Source: Seison nebaliae (Eukaryota). Taken from it: DNA of 64,000 nucleotides. Position 1 is the first letter of the stretch. Each line of letters begins with the position of its first letter. Both the position numbers and the translations under genes were made by a program. The DNA lies in the NCBI GenBank assembly GCA_023231475.1, contig JALJEE010002208.1, positions 1-64,000 of the forward strand. Direction: 5' to 3'. Under the pieces are notes generated by a model, which saw only the letters and a list, made by a program, of their open reading frames with translations, ran no database searches and had not been told where the DNA came from. This document shows positions 60,865 to 64,000 of the stretch, one piece after another.

Positions 60865-62687
60865 TTACTCTAATAATTTGGTGATAAGTAAAGAGAATCC
60901 ACTTCCAATAGACAGTCCGATAGCTAAGAGAATGCACATAAACATTCCAGCTACTTCCTTCTCTTTAGCTGTGGTGCAATATCTAAAGAAATGGACAAAC
61001 AATTATGATAAATAGAATAAAAAGTGAAACTGAGGTCCGTAAATGACTAGAATTGAACCTAAATGACCATTAGTGAATGCAAGTAAGAAATTACCCATTG
61101 CAGCTATATATTCCGATTCGATGAGAACAGGAATATATGATCGTTTCGATTGAATTTTACAAATGAGGAAGAATGGAATGAATAAAATTCGAATGGCAGT
61201 ATAGAAGAGTAATCCGTTCGAATGCGGTTTCGGCCAAAGTACATAATGACTGGAGCATCTTCCCAAAAAATCTCCTAAATTAAATACGGCCACCGATAAA
61301 ACGACAATAAATAATTTATCTTTAAAAAAAATCGAATGGAATATGGAAAATAAGAAATTGGAACTATACCACAAATTATCATGATAATGAGCTGCTTCTA
61401 AATTGGTCAATAATCCCGGAAATATTGTTAATGTTATACAGAAGACTAATAGACAACTAAATCCAGGAACTTTAATCTAATAAGGAAAATCCAAATTTTT
61501 TTAAGAGAAACAAAAAGAAAAACTTTCCAAAATATTCTCCATAAATCCATTAACTCATCTTTCCACAATTTCTTTCTTGTTACGATTTGTATTTTATTAT
61601 CTAAAAATGATTCATCTTCTTTTTCTTCTTTAATCGTCATCTCTTTCAAAGTGAGAACTATATAAATTAAATTAATTTAAATAAAGTTAATTAATTAAAT
61701 ATTTAAAATTAAATTTGATAAAAATTCATTAACTTTTATTCGTTAATAAAAATTTGATATATTTCTAATTTATCCAAAATTATCATATAGAATTGATATG
61801 GAATAGAAGAACGAACTCGATTAGGTAAGAACAGATAGAGAATTAGACTGCTCAACATAATACCGAGCATGAATAAAGTTAATGTAAGATTGGTGAGTGG
61901 CAAATCGAAATCGATGGAGGTAACAACCGTAATGAAGATGGAAGAGAAAATAGCGACGAGACCTTGTCCAGACATCATCGCTGCAGTATAACGACTATGT
62001 GGCATACTTGACGACAAAGCAAAATGACCACTTTGTGTTATAGCTGCTTGAACTATTCAAATAAAAATGGATTAAGATAGGAAATATTTGAAAATTGAAA
62101 AAGAAGGAATGAACTACTAAATAATCCAGCTAATCCAAGAATCAGATGAAAATATAGAACTTGATAATTGTCCGTATTGATAATATTCAATGGAATTACT
62201 AATATCATACAAACAATTCCCACAATTGACCATGGTATGATTCGTTGATTAATTGTAATTCTTGAAAAAAAAATTGAAAAAAATTGAAAAAAATTTTGAA
62301 ATTCAATTTAACTTTTTGGAAAAAGGAATTAAAATGAGAAGAACAATTAAATAAATTACACTCGTAATAGTCGCCATATTACTTTGGAATTGTTTTTGGA
62401 GAGAATTTAATTCAAATTCTTCCTTGATCAAATCCGCCGTTTCATTTCGAATTGTTCGTAATTTATATTTGAAATACTAGAAAGGATTTGAAAGAGATTG
62501 GATGAAGGAAAATGATACGAACTCCATCGGCACAAACGAAATAATTCCAAGCTGATGTTCCAGCCATACCCAAAAGTAGGACGGTGGAATAAGTGAAATA
62601 ACTGAAGGAAAATATGATGAATTTATTTGAAAAAAAAAATTAAGAAAACTTATCACTGTTTCCTAAAACTGTTACAGAATCCTCCAT
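60865..62687 (-). CDS. Equilibrative nucleoside transporter (SLC29 family), 10 exons
   Basis: LLGMAGTSAWNYF, YFKYKL, YTAAMMSGQG, FCITLTIFPG, FNLGDFLGR, AFTNGHLGS, KEKEVAGMFM..GLSIGS. Nine GTT introns. Confidence 0.92.
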
Positions 62688-63574
62688 TGTCAATCGTTGT
62701 GATGGTTCTTAAAAGAATACGTCTGTCGACAGACGTCTCCTCTCTAAAGATTAGAGTTATGAAAGACGAAGTAGAATATCTTCAACTGGCAACTTGTTCC
62801 GTTGTTCTAATTGTGTTGTAGTTTTGTTGAAGTTGAATAATACGAGCTAAAATTATGAACAATTGAAAATAGTTTTTATGATTTATTTGATGAGACAATA
62901 GTGATGATGGACGAAGGATAAAAATAGTTTTTATTTATTGATACAATATCATATTCATAATTTAACAATTATTTCTTAATATTGATAAGAAGTAATTTAT
63001 GTGGAATGATTTTAACATTTATTTACAAAATCTTTCATCATTATCATGTTATTATTCTCATTTTGTTGAGTATCTTTTTTCTCGAGTATATTCGACAATT
63101 TAGTCCTTTATCAGTATCAATAAAAATTAATGTTATTTTTCTCACGATACTCATAAGTGATTTTAAGTCTTCATCATTTCTCCTTTTTTCCATTAACATC
63201 GTTATTAGCGAGATTAATAATAGTTGTAAGTCACACCACTTGTAAATGATGATAAATAGATCGATAAATTTTAAAAGATTGTTAAATTTTGTTAAAGAGA
63301 GTTTGAAAAGGAATAACTATTTATGATTTTAAAATTTATTGAAAATTAATTGACTGCCAGAAATTCGATTAAAATATATTTGATGGAATTAATATTAAAA
63401 TGATGAGAATAATTTTGTGTATGATTAGAAAAAGATTAAACGACAAATAATGGGAAGTATGTTCGAATAATAATTAGTAATTGATAAGCAATAATTTCCA
63501 TATTGTAAGAGATCTTAGAAAATAAGAGATTACTATGTTAATGTCATAACATTTAACGGAGAATGTTGAGAGAC

Positions 63575-64000
63575 ATGAAATTTCTTATATTTCTCATAAC
63601 AATTTGTATTTTGAACACAAGTTATTTAATTAATTTAATGAAAATATCAGTAATTCATATGTTCAAATAGAATGTGTCGAATTAGAAGATGATTCAGAAC
63701 CGATGGTTGAGGTAGAACTCGATCCAATCGAAGAGACGGGACATGTCACCAATTCGACGGGTAAAGGACGATGGTTTTTTGTTCTTAAAATACTCTTAAG
63801 CTTAAATTATTATTATTAGGTTATTTGGTAATAACTCTAATCGAAAAGATAAAGCTACTTTGAAAGAGGCGGATATAATGCAAGCAGAACAGGAAGCTAA
63901 TCGGTTGGAAGTGTCTAATATGGTAGATATGGAAGCAGTATGGCGAGAAGCTGAAAAGAGATCAATCGAAGCAAATGCTGATGATCAAGCTTATGAAATT
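63575..64000 (+). CDS. Secreted acidic protein, 5' part (runs off the window)
   Basis: MKFLIFLITICILNT signal peptide; introns 63621-63670 and 63774-63819 (GTT..TAG) give an open frame to the window end. Confidence 0.65.

Overview
AT-rich, gene-dense nuclear DNA from an animal with a compact genome. Metazoan origin is inferred from FAK, otopetrin and a Cys-loop receptor; the taxon cannot be fixed from sequence alone. Standard genetic code. About 19 protein-coding loci: the 3' end of a GOLGA4-like golgin, a triple alpha-crystallin sHSP, a SMARCE1-like protein, an otopetrin, a PAN/Apple membrane protein, FAK, COX5B, HSP90B1, NAGLU, a Cys-loop channel, NPRL3, TMEM9, SLC25A26, SMIM14, a POLR3G-like gene, an SLC29 transporter and several orphans. 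There are also tRNA-Gln(TTG), tRNA-Gly(GCC), small repeats and a decayed ORF. The most striking signal is the splicing grammar. Of 53 introns I reconstructed by hand from reading frame and homology, 52 can be read with a GTT donor and 1 with GTG; none requires GTA, and +4 to +6 are poorly conserved. Textbook GTA donors a few bases away are skipped, about one acceptor in five is AAG, and most introns are about 36-85 nt. This points to a rewired 5' splice-site recognition system. All gene models are manual and untested against RNA.
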